Below are positions 11,507 to 24,059 of a stretch of 64,000 nucleotides of DNA, one piece after another. Within the stretch, counting starts at the first letter, position 1; every line of letters begins with the position of its first letter. The notes below the pieces were generated by a model. The model was given only the letters and a program-made list of their open reading frames with translations. It was not told the origin of the DNA and ran no database searches. This DNA comes from Vitrella brassicaformis CCMP3155. Lineage: Eukaryota; Protista; Chromerida. The DNA lies in the NCBI GenBank assembly GCA_001179505.1, contig CDMY01000266.1:78313-142312 (forward strand), given 5' to 3'. A program made the position numbers and the translations under genes.

Positions 11507-13575
11507 TCAGTGTGTGTGTATGCATGCAGTCAGTGAATGGCAGAAATGCGAGAAGTTGATGTCGGCTGGTGTGTCGGTTCTCTTGGCACCCTCGGCACGG
11601 TAGCGGCACACCACACGCAACAACACAACTCCATTGATAGCAAGTCGACGCTTCCTGCAGCGTAGGTAGATCGGCGTGGCTGGGCGTAAGCCATCGTCAA
11701 AGCTGGGCAATGCAATGCTGTGTTGCGTGGTCGCCCCGCCCCGCCCCAGCAACGGCAAAGACACCGACACTACCGAGGCAATTGTTTGATTCATGTAGAC
11801 GGATGCTGTGGTACGGTGGATGGACGGGGTGTGTTGTGGGTCTGTCTGTGGCTTGGCTGTCTCTCTCCCTACAGGTCGGCCAGCCAGCACGCACACAAAT
11901 GCAGCCACTCACAGGTAAACCAATCTGTCACTCACTCACTTGCCGCTCTCAGCTCTCTCTCTCTCCCTCTGTCATTAAGCAGATCCCCCCCGATCACACA
12001 CAGATGCACAGCACACAAGACACGCAATTCCGCACGGGATGAGAGAAAGGGGCAAAAACGACCACTGGCAGACAGACAGACTGGCAGGCGGACGGACGGA
12101 GGGACCAGCACAAAGCTTCATTTGCACAGGTAAGCGAGCGGGCAGGCAGGTGGGTCTGTGTCTGTCTGCACCGTTGCCGCAGTCAGTCAGTCAGTGGTCC
12201 ATACTGATGATGATTTACATACACACACACATGCACATCTGGATGGATGGTGTACAAGAACCCTCAGTCAGCTCCTGGGTGGGCTGGGCTGCACGGGTCA
12301 ATTCTAGCCTAGCCACGGCTTCCATTCTCCGACCGACCGATCGGTCAGTCAGTCAGTCAGTCAGGAGACGACAGCAAAAAGAGCGGATGGGTGTCACTGG
12401 ATGGATGGATGGATCAGGCCAACAGCCTGCCGGGCAAACGACCACCTAGCCACACCAAAGACACACACACAGTGAGCACACCCGCCTCCTTCTCCATCTC
12501 TCTCTGTGGCCTCCTCCCTCCGGCTTACTCACCGTCCACTCATCCACCCACAGGTCCGCCAATTACAGCTCGGTCACAGCATGCACGTCTTGTCGTGATG
12601 CACCACCACACCGCCACCACCACCAGCCCGCACCCTCGCACCCCTCTCCCTCTCCCGCCCCTTGCCGCGCACCTTCTTCACACGCTCCCTCTCCCTGTTC
12701 CGCCCAGCACCAGCAATATGGTGGTGCTTGGCGTGTTGCCGACAGGCTGCGGGAGGTATGTTAGCGTTGGCTCGGAAGAGCGCCAGGCCCATCTCGATGT
12801 CGTCGTCGCTCTCGCACTCGCTGCTGTCCTCCTCGTGGATGAAGGTGCACGTGGGGATCGGCACGGGGGGAGGCGGAGGAGGGCTGCTGCGGTCACACGA
12901 CACACAACACAACACAACACAGCACAACACAACACAAGACAGCACACCACACCAAATGGGTTCCTCTGCGGAGGATGGATACGTGTGTGTGTGGATGTGG
13001 GTTGATTTAATGTGGTTACAAGTGGGTGTGAGCGCGTTTCTTGGCTCGTTCTCGCGAGGACTTGTAGTTGGCCGCTGTGTTGAAATCGCCCAGGCACACC
13101 AAACGCATTGAACCATGACCTGAACACACCACAGACAGACACACGGACGGACAACCGTCGCACACATACAACCTGTGCCAACCAATGCGTGTAACCGACA
13201 CCAAAGCCCACCACCCACCTAGTGACGGTGCGGTCTTGACGGCAGCCGCCGATGTGCCCCTCGGCAATAGTGAGGGGCCGACTCGGCCACTGATTGAGGG
13301 CGAGGCATCGATGGCCTCGCCAGGACGCACAAACAGAAAGTTTCCGCAATGGACGCAATACGCTGACAACCACACACGCACACACGCAGACAGACCGACA
13401 GACAGAGAGGAAAGGCACAAACATTCATCGTGGGGGGTGTGGCCGTGTTTGTTCTCTGTTCTCCTTGTTTCGCTGCCCACTCACTGGTCTTGCCGTTCTT
13501 GCCACTGCACTGCCAGCATATGACGGCATCGCAACTAGCCCGGTCCGCCTGAGTCACTTCCCTCTGGGGCTCCAT
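11507..13575 (-). CDS. Hypothetical protein with N-terminal zinc ribbon (3' exons uncertain)
   Basis: MEPQREVTQADRASCDAVICWQCSGKNGKT splices to YCVHCGNFLFVRPG (CxxC…CxxC). A later exon reads PPPPPPVPIPTCTFIHEEDSSECESDDDIEMGLALF. Exons below about 12570 are not resolved. Confidence 0.4.
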
Positions 13576-14201
13576 TTATCGGTCACTCACACGCAGATCA
13601 GCTCAAAAGGCTTCCTTTAGCCACCACACCTCACAGAAGGGATGAAATACACACTCAGACAGTTGGCTTCCTTGCTCGCCCCGCCCTCCCCGCCCCTGAT
13701 CAGCTCGCGAGCGGCCGCAGGGAGGCAAAGAGAAGCACCGGTTCAAAAGCTGCGGTGTCCTGCCGCCAATTGGGTCAGTGACTGCTTTGGCTGACAGGCC
13801 GCTGTCTCTTGCGCCAGATGAGAGGCCTCCCTTAGGACAAAGACAGCCAAACCGGCGAGAGGCACCGGGAGGCAGGGAGCGGACAGCCGTGTGTCGTTGA
13901 ACTGGCCTTTGAGCGGTGGAGGAGAGGGAGTCGGCCACACCGCTGGCCAGATGTCGGATGGGTGACCGGACTGATTGCTGCCCTTTCACTGGCGCAAGCT
14001 CCGGATCTTCAAAGGGGACGTACAAGGGGGCGGAGCGATGAGGACGGACAAGCGGGAGAGGCTGCAAACACTGACAGACACTCCCCTGCCTCTACGCACC
14101 TGCTTCCCCGCTTCAGTTGCCTCCCTCTACTCTCGACGATCGTTTTGCATGCTCAGTTCCACCTTCAGCCCCGTTGCAGTTTGCCGATCTGCGTCGCCAG
14201 C

Positions 14202-16370
14202 ATGGGGGGAGCTAACAAGGACTACTACTTCATCTTGGGGCTGCAACGGTCGACGGCCAAGGATGAGGACATCAAAAGAGCCTACCGGCAGCTGGCACTC
14301 AAGTGGCACCCGGCCAAGTGAGCGCTCTGCGTGTTGCGGGGTGGAATTCAGGCCGCACGGTGCTGATGTTGGTTGTGATGTTGGTTGTCGGGTGCAGGTA
14401 TACGGACAGAATAGAGGTGGCTGAGCATCACTTTGCTGAAGTGGCTGAGGCATACGAGGTGGGCCGAGGGAAAGGCAGCGGGGGCCGATGGAAAGCACGC
14501 ACTCATCGTTCCCCGTGTGTCGCTCTCTCTGTCCTGTTTTTTCCTCTCTCTCTCTGTAGGTCTTGTCTGACCGTAGGAATACGAGACGGGAATGGCTGGC
14601 CGGCCATTGCTTGCTGCACCGACTTCGCGTCTCTGTGTGTGTCTGTACGTGTGTGTTCAGCCAAGAAGAGGGCCATCTACGACCAGTTTGGGGAGACCGG
14701 CCTCAAGAATGGCGTCGTCGACCAGACAGGAGGTAAGTCAGACACCCAATGCAACAAACTCCTCCCCCGTGCGCCATGCCTTAATCCATTGATGCGTGCA
14801 GGCTTCCTTGGGGGTTATCAGTTCACCACGGGGGCCATGCAGGTGTTCCAGCAGTTCATGGGCAAAGAGAGCCCCTTTGGCGCACCTGCAGCAGGTGTGT
14901 CAATGCGTCATCCATCCATCCATCCAACGATCCATCGTCCATAGACATGCCCTGTGTCTGCCTATCTTGCTGTCTGATATCAGAGTTGGAGGAGGCCTTC
15001 ACGTGGAGCTCGCTGCACGGAAAGCAGAGCAACAAATGCGACCCTTTACACGTATTTACTCAGATGGACAGACGATCCCGAACACAGACGACTGATGACA
15101 AATGTGTGCGTGTGTGTGGTTGATTCAGGAGCGTCTCGTGTGCACACTGGAGGAGCTCTACTGTGGCAGCGCCAAGAAAGTCCAAGTGCAGAGACGCGTA
15201 AGCAAGTTGGCATTGTATGTATGCTTCGATGGATGGATGGAATGATCCTCTGTCTGCACACCGCCTGTGTGCGTTGGTGTGTGTGGGTATGCAGCGTCTG
15301 TCGGCCGACAAGCGCACCACGTTTCTCGAGACGAAATCCTACGTCATCCGCGTCCAGCCAGGTAGGTGTGCAACCAGCCATAGCCATACATGCGACGGCA
15401 CATGTGCGTGTCTGTGTGCGTATGTGTAGGTTGGTGCGACGGCACGACCCTGACGATGGCTGGCGAGGGCAATGAGGAACACCCCAACATGCTCGCCGGT
15501 GGGTGACTGTGAGCGTCAACAGACAACCAAGGCCACGCACCCACGCACTCGTCTGTCTGTCTCTCTGTCTCTCTGTCTGTCCGTCCGTCCGTCCGTCCGT
15601 CCGTCTGTGTGCGCCATCCATCAGGCGATTTGGTCTTCACTGTCGAGACAGCTCCACACCCACACTTCACGAGACAAGGTGGCGAAGAGTGACATCTCTG
15701 TGTGTGTGTGTCAATGTGTATGTGTGTGTGCGTGTGTAGGTTTGGATCTGAAGCACGTGGCGTCCATTTCCCTCGTCCAGGCGCTGTCGGGACATGTTGT
15801 TCATGTGGTCAGTCAGCCACTCAGTGACGGACTCTGACACTGCCACCACCGCTCTACCTACCTGTGTGTATGTGTTCATTTTAGCCGCATCAGAACGGCA
15901 CCACTCTCTCCGTGGCCGTCCCTGAAGTCGTCTCGTAAGACAACACGAATCAGTCGATGCACAACCATTCACCACACACACACACACACTTTTGCTCTTG
16001 TCCGGTGTCTGTTGGTGTCTCCGATGCCCACATGCAGCCCCGACAGTGTCAAGAGGCTCAAAGGGGAAGGGCTGCCAAATCCTGAGAAACCCGAAGAAAA
16101 GGGTCAGTCAGTTAGTCAGTCTGTCACAGCATCATCACATCATGGCACTTGTACCCTGTGTGTGGATCATGGCTGGGCTGTGCAGGCGACATTGTGCTGA
16201 CGTGGGACATTCGCTTCCCCCCAGCAGTGCGCACCGACCAGAGAAAAGCCCTGGTAGACACCCATACGACAGGGGGCAAGGAACCACCCTTGTTTACGGC
16301 TGCACTGTTTGCTCTCCACTGGCAGGCGCGTATCTTCCCGGAGGGGCCGAGAGCACGCCAGCTGGTGTGA
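14202..16370 (+). CDS. Class II DnaJ/Hsp40 (DNAJB4/DNAJB13-like)
   Basis: [17 protein letters not shown]…[14 protein letters not shown]…[28 protein letters not shown], followed by C-terminal domain motifs ([34 protein letters not shown]). Confidence 0.9.
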
Positions 16371-16755
16371 AGATTGATTGCTTTGCGTGGGTGGGGGTCG
16401 GGCTGATGGACTGCCTTTCTTTCCGGTGCGAACGACATGACATGCGTCGAGGACACATTTGACTGAATGGATGAGATGATGGCCTGAAAGTGGTGCACGA
16501 GTGCACGAGTGTCAGGGGTGTTTCGTCACACACACATGATATATAAGCGGCTGAGACATACTCTGTATACTTTGCACTTACCGCACCATGCTGTCGCACT
16601 ACTGTACTCTACGGATGTCTACTTGCAGGGCCGGCCAGGTTAAATCATGAGGGGCACCCTCTCTCGGTAACACTGCACACACCAGCAGCCATAGCAATAA
16701 ACACATCCACATACATGCATCTCGCCATTCTCCCCTCCTCTGCATCACCCGCATC

Positions 16756-18500
16756 TCACGTACGTTTAGCAACACTCCGCACAAAGCCAGTAGCCGCTTC
16801 CTTCAGCTGCTTCGGCGCTCCCTCTCCCGACGCCATCAGCACACATGTGCGGAAGAAGTCACGCGCATGCTTGATGACAAGCGCAGACGGCTCACCGCCC
16901 CCATTTCCATCTCCCCTCTCCTCCCCCGCCTCCGGCACGATGGTGTCGATAACTTTCTGGTACCAGGCTCGTATGGCCGCCTTGCTGTGCATGCGTTTGC
17001 CAACACACTCGTCCATGAGAGGCTTGAGCTGCAGGTGGGCGTGGGCTGCGATCTTGTCGGCCTCCTCGACCACGCTGCCGCCACGTAGTCGTTAAGGGCC
17101 TCGGCGCAAAACGCCTCCTTCGCTCCCTGCTGGCCCTGCTCTGAGTGGGTGTAGAGGTGGCTGACGGCAAAGCACGGCGAGGCGGCGTGGGTGAGCACAG
17201 GCGCTTAGCCTTCTTGCCGTTCATCGTCCGAGAAGTCTCGAAGTCGATGGCAGCAAGCTCCGCCGTGTGCGCATTGCGGACTAGAAGATTATGCCAGCTG
17301 AGGTCTTTGTGTGTATAGCCGGCAGCCGCAAGCATCTCGAGGCAGCGGATGAGATTCAGTACGGCGACGCACCGAACTCGCCAATCGGCGATTGGCGCAT
17401 GTGGGTCACCGCAGTGCTCCCCTCTGATCATGTCCAATAGCGTGATTCCTGGACACAGAAACACGCACGCATGTCAGTGGAATTGTGACTGCAGGGCGAG
17501 CAGGTCTACCTCCTTGATGAGCTTCTTTTCCCGCCGCAACACCACCTTATCCCCCTCCAGCGCACACGACAGCCGACCGCTCTGCTCCTGTGGGATCAGC
17601 TTGAGCTGTGTGATCGTCCGTGCGATGTTACCATTCGATGATCTCCCGACATCTTCCATGACGACACATATGCCCACCCTCCCCTCGTCATCCACACCAT
17701 CAGGCCGGAGCCGCTCCACATCAGATGCACAGTGAAAGATGCGTGGGACAGCCAGCGATGAACTTCGGTGGCTTGCCGTCTTGCCGAATGACGCGGATGT
17801 GCTCCTTGGTCTGGTCCCACTGGAAATGCCGGACCCCAAGGCCACGCCGTCTAGCTTCAGGGACAATTGATGTGCTGACACGCCTTAGGGCCCGCTCGTA
17901 GATGGCAGCGCTCGCAGGGCCGAGGTCCGCCTCGCAGTACTGCTTGCTCACGTAGGCCATAATGTCCTTCCATGCACCTCAGAACGGCCTTTTCTTCTTG
18001 AAAGCCGACCGCCGTGTACCTGGGCAGAAGCAGCAGCAGCGGGCACAGTGTTTGGGATGGATGGGTGAGGCGGAGGCGCTGGCGTGGCCTGCTGCGCACA
18101 CAAGACAAGCAGCACATCAGTGCACTTGAAAGAGATCGTGGTGCGTTGATGTGCTGACCACAACGGTGGCTACGGTGGCAACATGGTTGACGAAGTTGAA
18201 TACGTACTGGTCGACCGAGATGTTGGTGCACTGATTGATGAGCATGGGGCTCCTGCCTGCCGACAGATGGCCGCACACCAAGATCAACACCTGCAACACA
18301 ACCAAAGGAACCAAACTGATCAATGAGCGTGTATGCTTGTGGCCCTGCTCACCGTCCTGTCCGCTGGAACTGCCCTCCAGCCTTCTCACAGACCTTGACC
18401 ACCTTGCGGCCCACGTCCGAACAAGTATTTCCTTCCCCACTCCTCGGACCAGGGCATCGCGTACCGAGGACGAAGCCGCTTCTTCCTCGTCGGCGGCTCA
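16756..18500 (-). pseudogene. Degenerate protein-kinase-like locus
   Basis: Segments GICVVMEDVG and YTHKDLSWHNLLVRNAHTAELAAIDFET (catalytic loop plus DFx) are present. Downstream coding sense switches between three frames (17200-17075), and I could not join all segments with canonical introns. 5' end approximate. Confidence 0.5.
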
Positions 18501-18744
18501 GGATAGGCCTGTCAGTGGGGAGCACGCCCGGTCCCACGCCACGGGATAAACAGGATGCGCCTGACTGTTGAGGCGCCATGCAGCTCAAATTCACGTGACG
18601 GCTAAATCATAAAAAACCAAAAGTTTCCGTCTCCGATTCTCGACAATGTTTGCGAGCTCAATTCGCGCAGATCTGTTGCTTTGCTGCATCTGACATTCCG
18701 AGGATGTTGGACACTCTGTCCAGGTCGTCTACGACAGACCATGA

Positions 18745-21700
18745 ATGACGACGATGCGTCCCATCAATAAACGCCTCTCATTGCCCTCCCTCTTCCTTCT
18801 CATCCTCTCGTGGCCCTCTCCCCATCGCATCTGTTTTGCGCGTGATGCGGGACTCGATGCGGGAGCATTCACCAGCATCGCTCTGCCCATCGAGCAGCGC
18901 GTCAACGTTCCTCTCGTCCACCAGCTCATCACCAACGAGACACTCCGAGCAGAGGCCCTTCGCAGCCGCTTTCCCGCCATCTTCTACAACAGCAGCGGCG
19001 GCAGCGGTAGCAATGAGTCCTTTTCGTTTTCGTTTCCATCCCCGTCGTCGCTGGAGGAGACCAGCCCCCATCACGGCGAGAAGGGCAAGGCAGACAAGGA
19101 CAAGAAGCCCACGCGAGAGGTGCTGAGCGTCGCCAACTATGACGACCTAGAGGTAGGCCACACCACACCGCGCGACGCCTCGCCACACGACGCCATGAAT
19201 GCATCCAATGCACGAGTGACTGTGGTTCATGGCTGGCTCTGCAGTACTCGAGCACAATCCATGTGGAGGGGAGGTCTTTTGTGGTGACGGTCGACACAGG
19301 GAGTTCCTATTTATGGCTGCCGGGCAAGGACTGCCGCGCCTGCGCTGACGTCGACCACGACATCGGCTGCGATGAGTGCGCCGGCTCCTCCCGCCTCCCC
19401 GACTGCACAAACCCGCTCAACGAGCCAGTGGACCTCCACTACGTCAGTGGCAGGGCCAAGGGCGCCCTGTGCAAAGGCAAGGTGGCGCTGGGCGCATTCG
19501 AGCTGACTGAACAGGTGTATGCCCACATATCGAGGACCGACCACGCCTTCGCAGATGGCACTTCGAGCGATGGGGTGCTGGGTTTGGGGTTCCGGGACGA
19601 CACTGGCAAGAGCTACCCCACTGTGATGGAAAGCATTGTCGCGCACAAGCTGCTGGACCGGCCGACGATTTCCTTCATCTTGACGAGTGGAGGGAGAAGA
19701 GGGTCTCAGCTGGTGCTCGGCTCACCGCCGTGGACATCACGGTTGGCGGCAACGGCGAGATGGATGTGCATAGAGCACTGCTCACGTGTGTGTGTGTGTG
19801 TGTTTGTGTGTGTTTCAGGTTTGCATACCCTTTGCCTGTGTTGGATCGCGCTCACTGGATGGTACGATTCACCTCTGTGTCGGGCTATGTGCCGAACCTC
19901 GAACACAACAAAGTGGAGAGGTGGGCGTTCAGACACACACACACACACACACACGTCTGCGTACGGAGGTGTATTCATATGATGACTGGAGATTGTGTGT
20001 GTGTGTGTGTGTGTGTGTGGATTGCAGGCGGCCTCTGCCGGTGGCTACTAGGGCCATCGTTGACACAGGGTCATCGTTGATACACACGCCGACAGACCCA
20101 CTCGCATTCCCACTGCTCCTTCAGAACATCGTAAGCACAACACAGCACCCTCATGTGTCATCCATCCACCCATCTAAGTGGCTCTCTCCCAGGCCCCTCC
20201 TGAGCTCGAGCTGCTGACGACTGGCTGTACCAACGTCAAGCCACATGTGCCCAACACGCCCATCCACTGCCCCTGCCACAACACACACGCCTGGCGGCCC
20301 TTCAGCTTCGACATATGGGACGTCACCTTCACCATCGGACCCAACGAGTACTTCATTCCGGGCCTCAACGACGAGGAGGACGAGACCAGCTGCACCCTGG
20401 GCGTGGTGTCGACCGACGTGTTGGGGGGCCGGGGGGGCGAGGGCGTCTGGCTGCTCGGCGATGTGTTCCTCAAAAAGTTAGTAGTGAGACAGAAAGGCGG
20501 AAGAAACCTGGAGAGATGCAGTGTGTGAGTGTGTGTGTGCAGGTGGGCATCGACATTCGATTTCGGCATGCGGACGGTGGCCTTCTCCGGGTCCTTCCCC
20601 GGCGGGCCGTGCGACAAGGACAAGAAGCACGACGACAAGGACGACTCATCCGGCGGCTTCAGCATCGAGGGCTGGCTCAACAAACAGGAGTCCAAGCAGT
20701 GCAAGGGAGAGGAGCCCGAGGAGCCCAAAGAGCTCGAGCAGCTGGAGAACAACGTGACCCAATGGCTGCGGCAATATGGGCCCTACATCCTCGCGGGGGT
20801 GTCGACTCTCGTCGTCTTAGCGGCCATCGCCTATTTCCTGCACAAGCGGGGCCCACAGCCGGTGCCGGACACATTGCCCGTTGTCTTGTCATACCGAACG
20901 CCATCTGTGGCCCCTCTGGCGAGCTACGAGGCGCCCCCGCATTCATCGGTGCCTTCGTCGGCCCCGCCCCCGCCCCCCTCACTCCCGCCGCCCTCATACA
21001 TATCATCCACGTACGTCCTCAGCCACAGACACAGACACACAGACGCACAACACATCTATCTGTCCGGTATGTGCATCACTCTGCCTGAAGGCCTCCCCGT
21101 TCGCCTCCTCCCCCACTGCACAAGCCACCGACGCCCCGCGCCGTCACGTTTCACGAGCTGCTGGGCGAGGAGAATGAGCGGCTGGCAGAGGAGGGCGCGG
21201 TGCTGCTGTATGCGGTCCCGGTGTACAATCGAAGGGGCGATCGCAACGTGCCGTGGCGCGCGTGTGACCTGGTCTACTACTCGAGCACCAAGAGGGCATG
21301 GTGTCGGATCGAGATGGCTTACCTTGAGAAGGACCCTCTCAATGGAGATGTGCTCTTCAGAGGTGCGGTGGGTGGGCATGGCCGTGTATGTCGTGCACCA
21401 TTGTGAGTGTGGATGGGTGGATGTCTGCAGGTGTGCTGCCGTACGAAGACAGCGACGTGGGGACGCCCTTCTACGTCATCGACCGATTCTCGAGCGACAG
21501 GGACCACCCAAACGCCTTCTGCGGTAAGTACCTTCATCGTGTGTGTATATGCGACTGCACACAAGGAAGGCCCCAGTGAGTTGAGTGAGTTGAGTGCATG
21601 AGTTAATGCTGTCGTTCGTGTGATCGTCCACATGCAGGTGAGAGGGAGCGGTCTGGTGCTCTGGATGGCAACTATTACAGTCTGCTCAGTTCGTCCATCA

Positions 21701-22504
21701 ACACGCTGCGTGACGGCGACCTGCAGCCACTGGACCGCCTGAAGGAGGTGGGAGTCTTCCTGTACTTCACCCACGCCATCACGATCGTCGACAGGACAGC
21801 CGCCGCGATGGCCGTGCCGCCAATACTGCATTATCTTGACGAGCGCGACGACCAATGGAAGGACCTTCCCTTCGCGTTCAGTGGCTATGTTACCGACAGC
21901 GGCTTTCACCAGACCAATGGCAGATATGAGAATGACGACAACGTGACGGATGCGGACCAGCCTGAATGGCACTGCCAGTGGAGCGTGTTGTTGCCAGACA
22001 TCAAAGGTCCGAGCCACTCAAGACTCCCACAAATACGCCAACACATTACATTCGCGATGGATATACCCGTATTTGTCTGTGTGTGCAGGTTTGTCGTTTG
22101 TGCTGTATCTGCCGCGCCACGACGACCCCGCTTGCCCCAGCCCCCCGGCGCCCCTCGCGCCCCCGCCCACCGACGGTCACTCACCAAACGCCCCTCCCAC
22201 TGCCCAGCACCACCGGCCCACTCACGGCTGGTTCCGCTGCGACGCCACACGGCAGATCGCACTGCGGCCGCTCGCCATCGACCCCTCTGAGCAAAGTCAC
22301 CGCAGTGCTGCCAATGGGCAGTCCCGGGCGCTGAGCCGGCCATTTCATGAGGGCCTGCTGAGCTTTGCGTTTGCGCCTTTGTGGGTGCACACGCCCGACG
22401 GTGCGGACTATCGGATCATCTATGCCGGCACATACGCCATCACCGAGGAGGGCGCCTTATTGGAGGTCTCTACTCAGCCACCCAGCCCGCCCGCTCCCAA
22501 CTGA
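18745..22504 (+). CDS. Membrane-anchored pepsin-like (A1) aspartic protease with long C-terminal extension
   Basis: Signal-like N-terminus; VDTGSS and IVDTGSS catalytic motifs; DGVLGLG; WLLGDVFL; TM segment YILAGVSTLVVLAAIAYFL. A Pro-rich linker and three further in-phase introns extend the frame to TGA 22502-22504. Confidence 0.85.
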
Positions 22505-23479
22505 CGGAACAAATGAGCCAGACGGGTGCTTGCGTGAGTTTTCTAGTTTTCCACCAGTGTGTGTCTGTGAGCATGCAAGGGGTATTTTTGTCGTGGGTGC
22601 GTCGTGCCGATGCGCCCACACATACGTACACTTGTAGGCAGACGGACATACGTCTGTGCATAGAATGTGTCCCACAAAGGCAGACAGACAGCCAGGGGCC
22701 TTTATGGCCTCTATGGGCTTGGTCAGTCACTTTATTGCGTGTCCGCATCTCTGCACGTACGTGTCATGGCTCGTCCGTGTCATTTATATCCACGTATCCA
22801 TGCCGTGCAGCTGCAAATGCGTGTGCCGTCTTTCTTTGGTCTGCCTATCTGGTACTAGTACGTCGCCACACGCGTGCAGGAAACAAAACAGGACGCACGT
22901 CAACCTGCTTTGAACGTCCAGACGGCCACGTGATCGTGTCATTTGTGCAGCTCGCAATTGTATCGTCCAATTTGCGGGTGGCCAGGAAGCCTTCAAAAAC
23001 CCCTTGTCCAGAAAATCGAAGCAGGCGGCTTGACGCGAGTCAACGACATGCTGAGACGAGACGGGCCTCTTGTCGATCGGCCTGTCCTCATTTCTCGGAA
23101 GCCAAGGCTGCATCGCCTTTATGAGCCCACCAATGTCCATGTCACGATTCGCTGGCGTATGCCCCGATGCTCGCGGCCGACCGGGCGCATCTGGTGTGAT
23201 GGAGGCGAGTATGGGCTCACGCTGGTGCAGGGACATGACGATTCGCTGGTGGGCCGGGGTAGATAACGCTGGAGGGGCATGCCGTCATGCTCGCGGCTGA
23301 CCGCGGCATGGGCGACAAGATTGAAGTCGGCCCCCCTCATCCTGGCCCCCAAACCTACCTCGATGTCGTCACAGGCGGTTTGGCTTCTGCGAGGACACGT
23401 TTGAGAACTGCGAGCAGAATAGCCAGCAATGCATCGGCGGCCTGTGCAAGCGCCCCCAGTTCTACACTCACTAAAGACC

Positions 23480-23650
23480 GACAGCCTGGGGACTGCCAGC
23501 CCTGCGTCGATGGAGATCTCCCCCGCAAGCCCAGAGACATCGACCGCACCAAGTCGGCAAAACCCAACGACGTTTGGTACGCCGACTACGGGCCCATGAA
23601 GGAGTCGATTCGCCACCACAAGGGCTACCGTGGGCGGGTGCGCCGGTGAT
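23480..23650 (+). mobile_element. Possible Ty1/copia gag-pre-integrase/integrase relic
   Basis: CQPCVDGDLPRKP…KSAKPNDVWYADYGPMKES resembles the copia CxxC…KP…xHxDxxGPM pattern. The frame stops immediately afterwards and no RT or LTR is seen. Confidence 0.35.
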
Positions 23651-24059
23651 TAGCCTGGCCGGTGATGAGCCTGCCCGGCAGCCCTCCAAGCCTTTCTCGC
23701 GTTTTGAGAGTGACGCACCATGAAGTCTCTTGGCTACTCATGTATATGGAGTCATTCCTGGCGCACATCACATTCCCCACACCGGACGACAACGCTTCCC
23801 GAACCCTGTCTGGCTTTCCCTGCAGGCTTCGAGCTATTTGGTGGAGTTTCTGGTGTTGCTAGTGGAGTCTCATTGCTTGAGAGAGTTTCTCATGTCGCTA
23901 GTCGAGCTAGGCGGCCACGTGGCTGCTCGTGGCGAGACACAGGGCGCTCGTGACGATTGTGTCTATGTCCATTGTGTCTATGTGTCTATCAAGCAAGCGT
24001 TGGTGCCCAATGCACTCATGAAAGCTATGGTGATACTGCATGGTTATTGCTGTCTTGAT

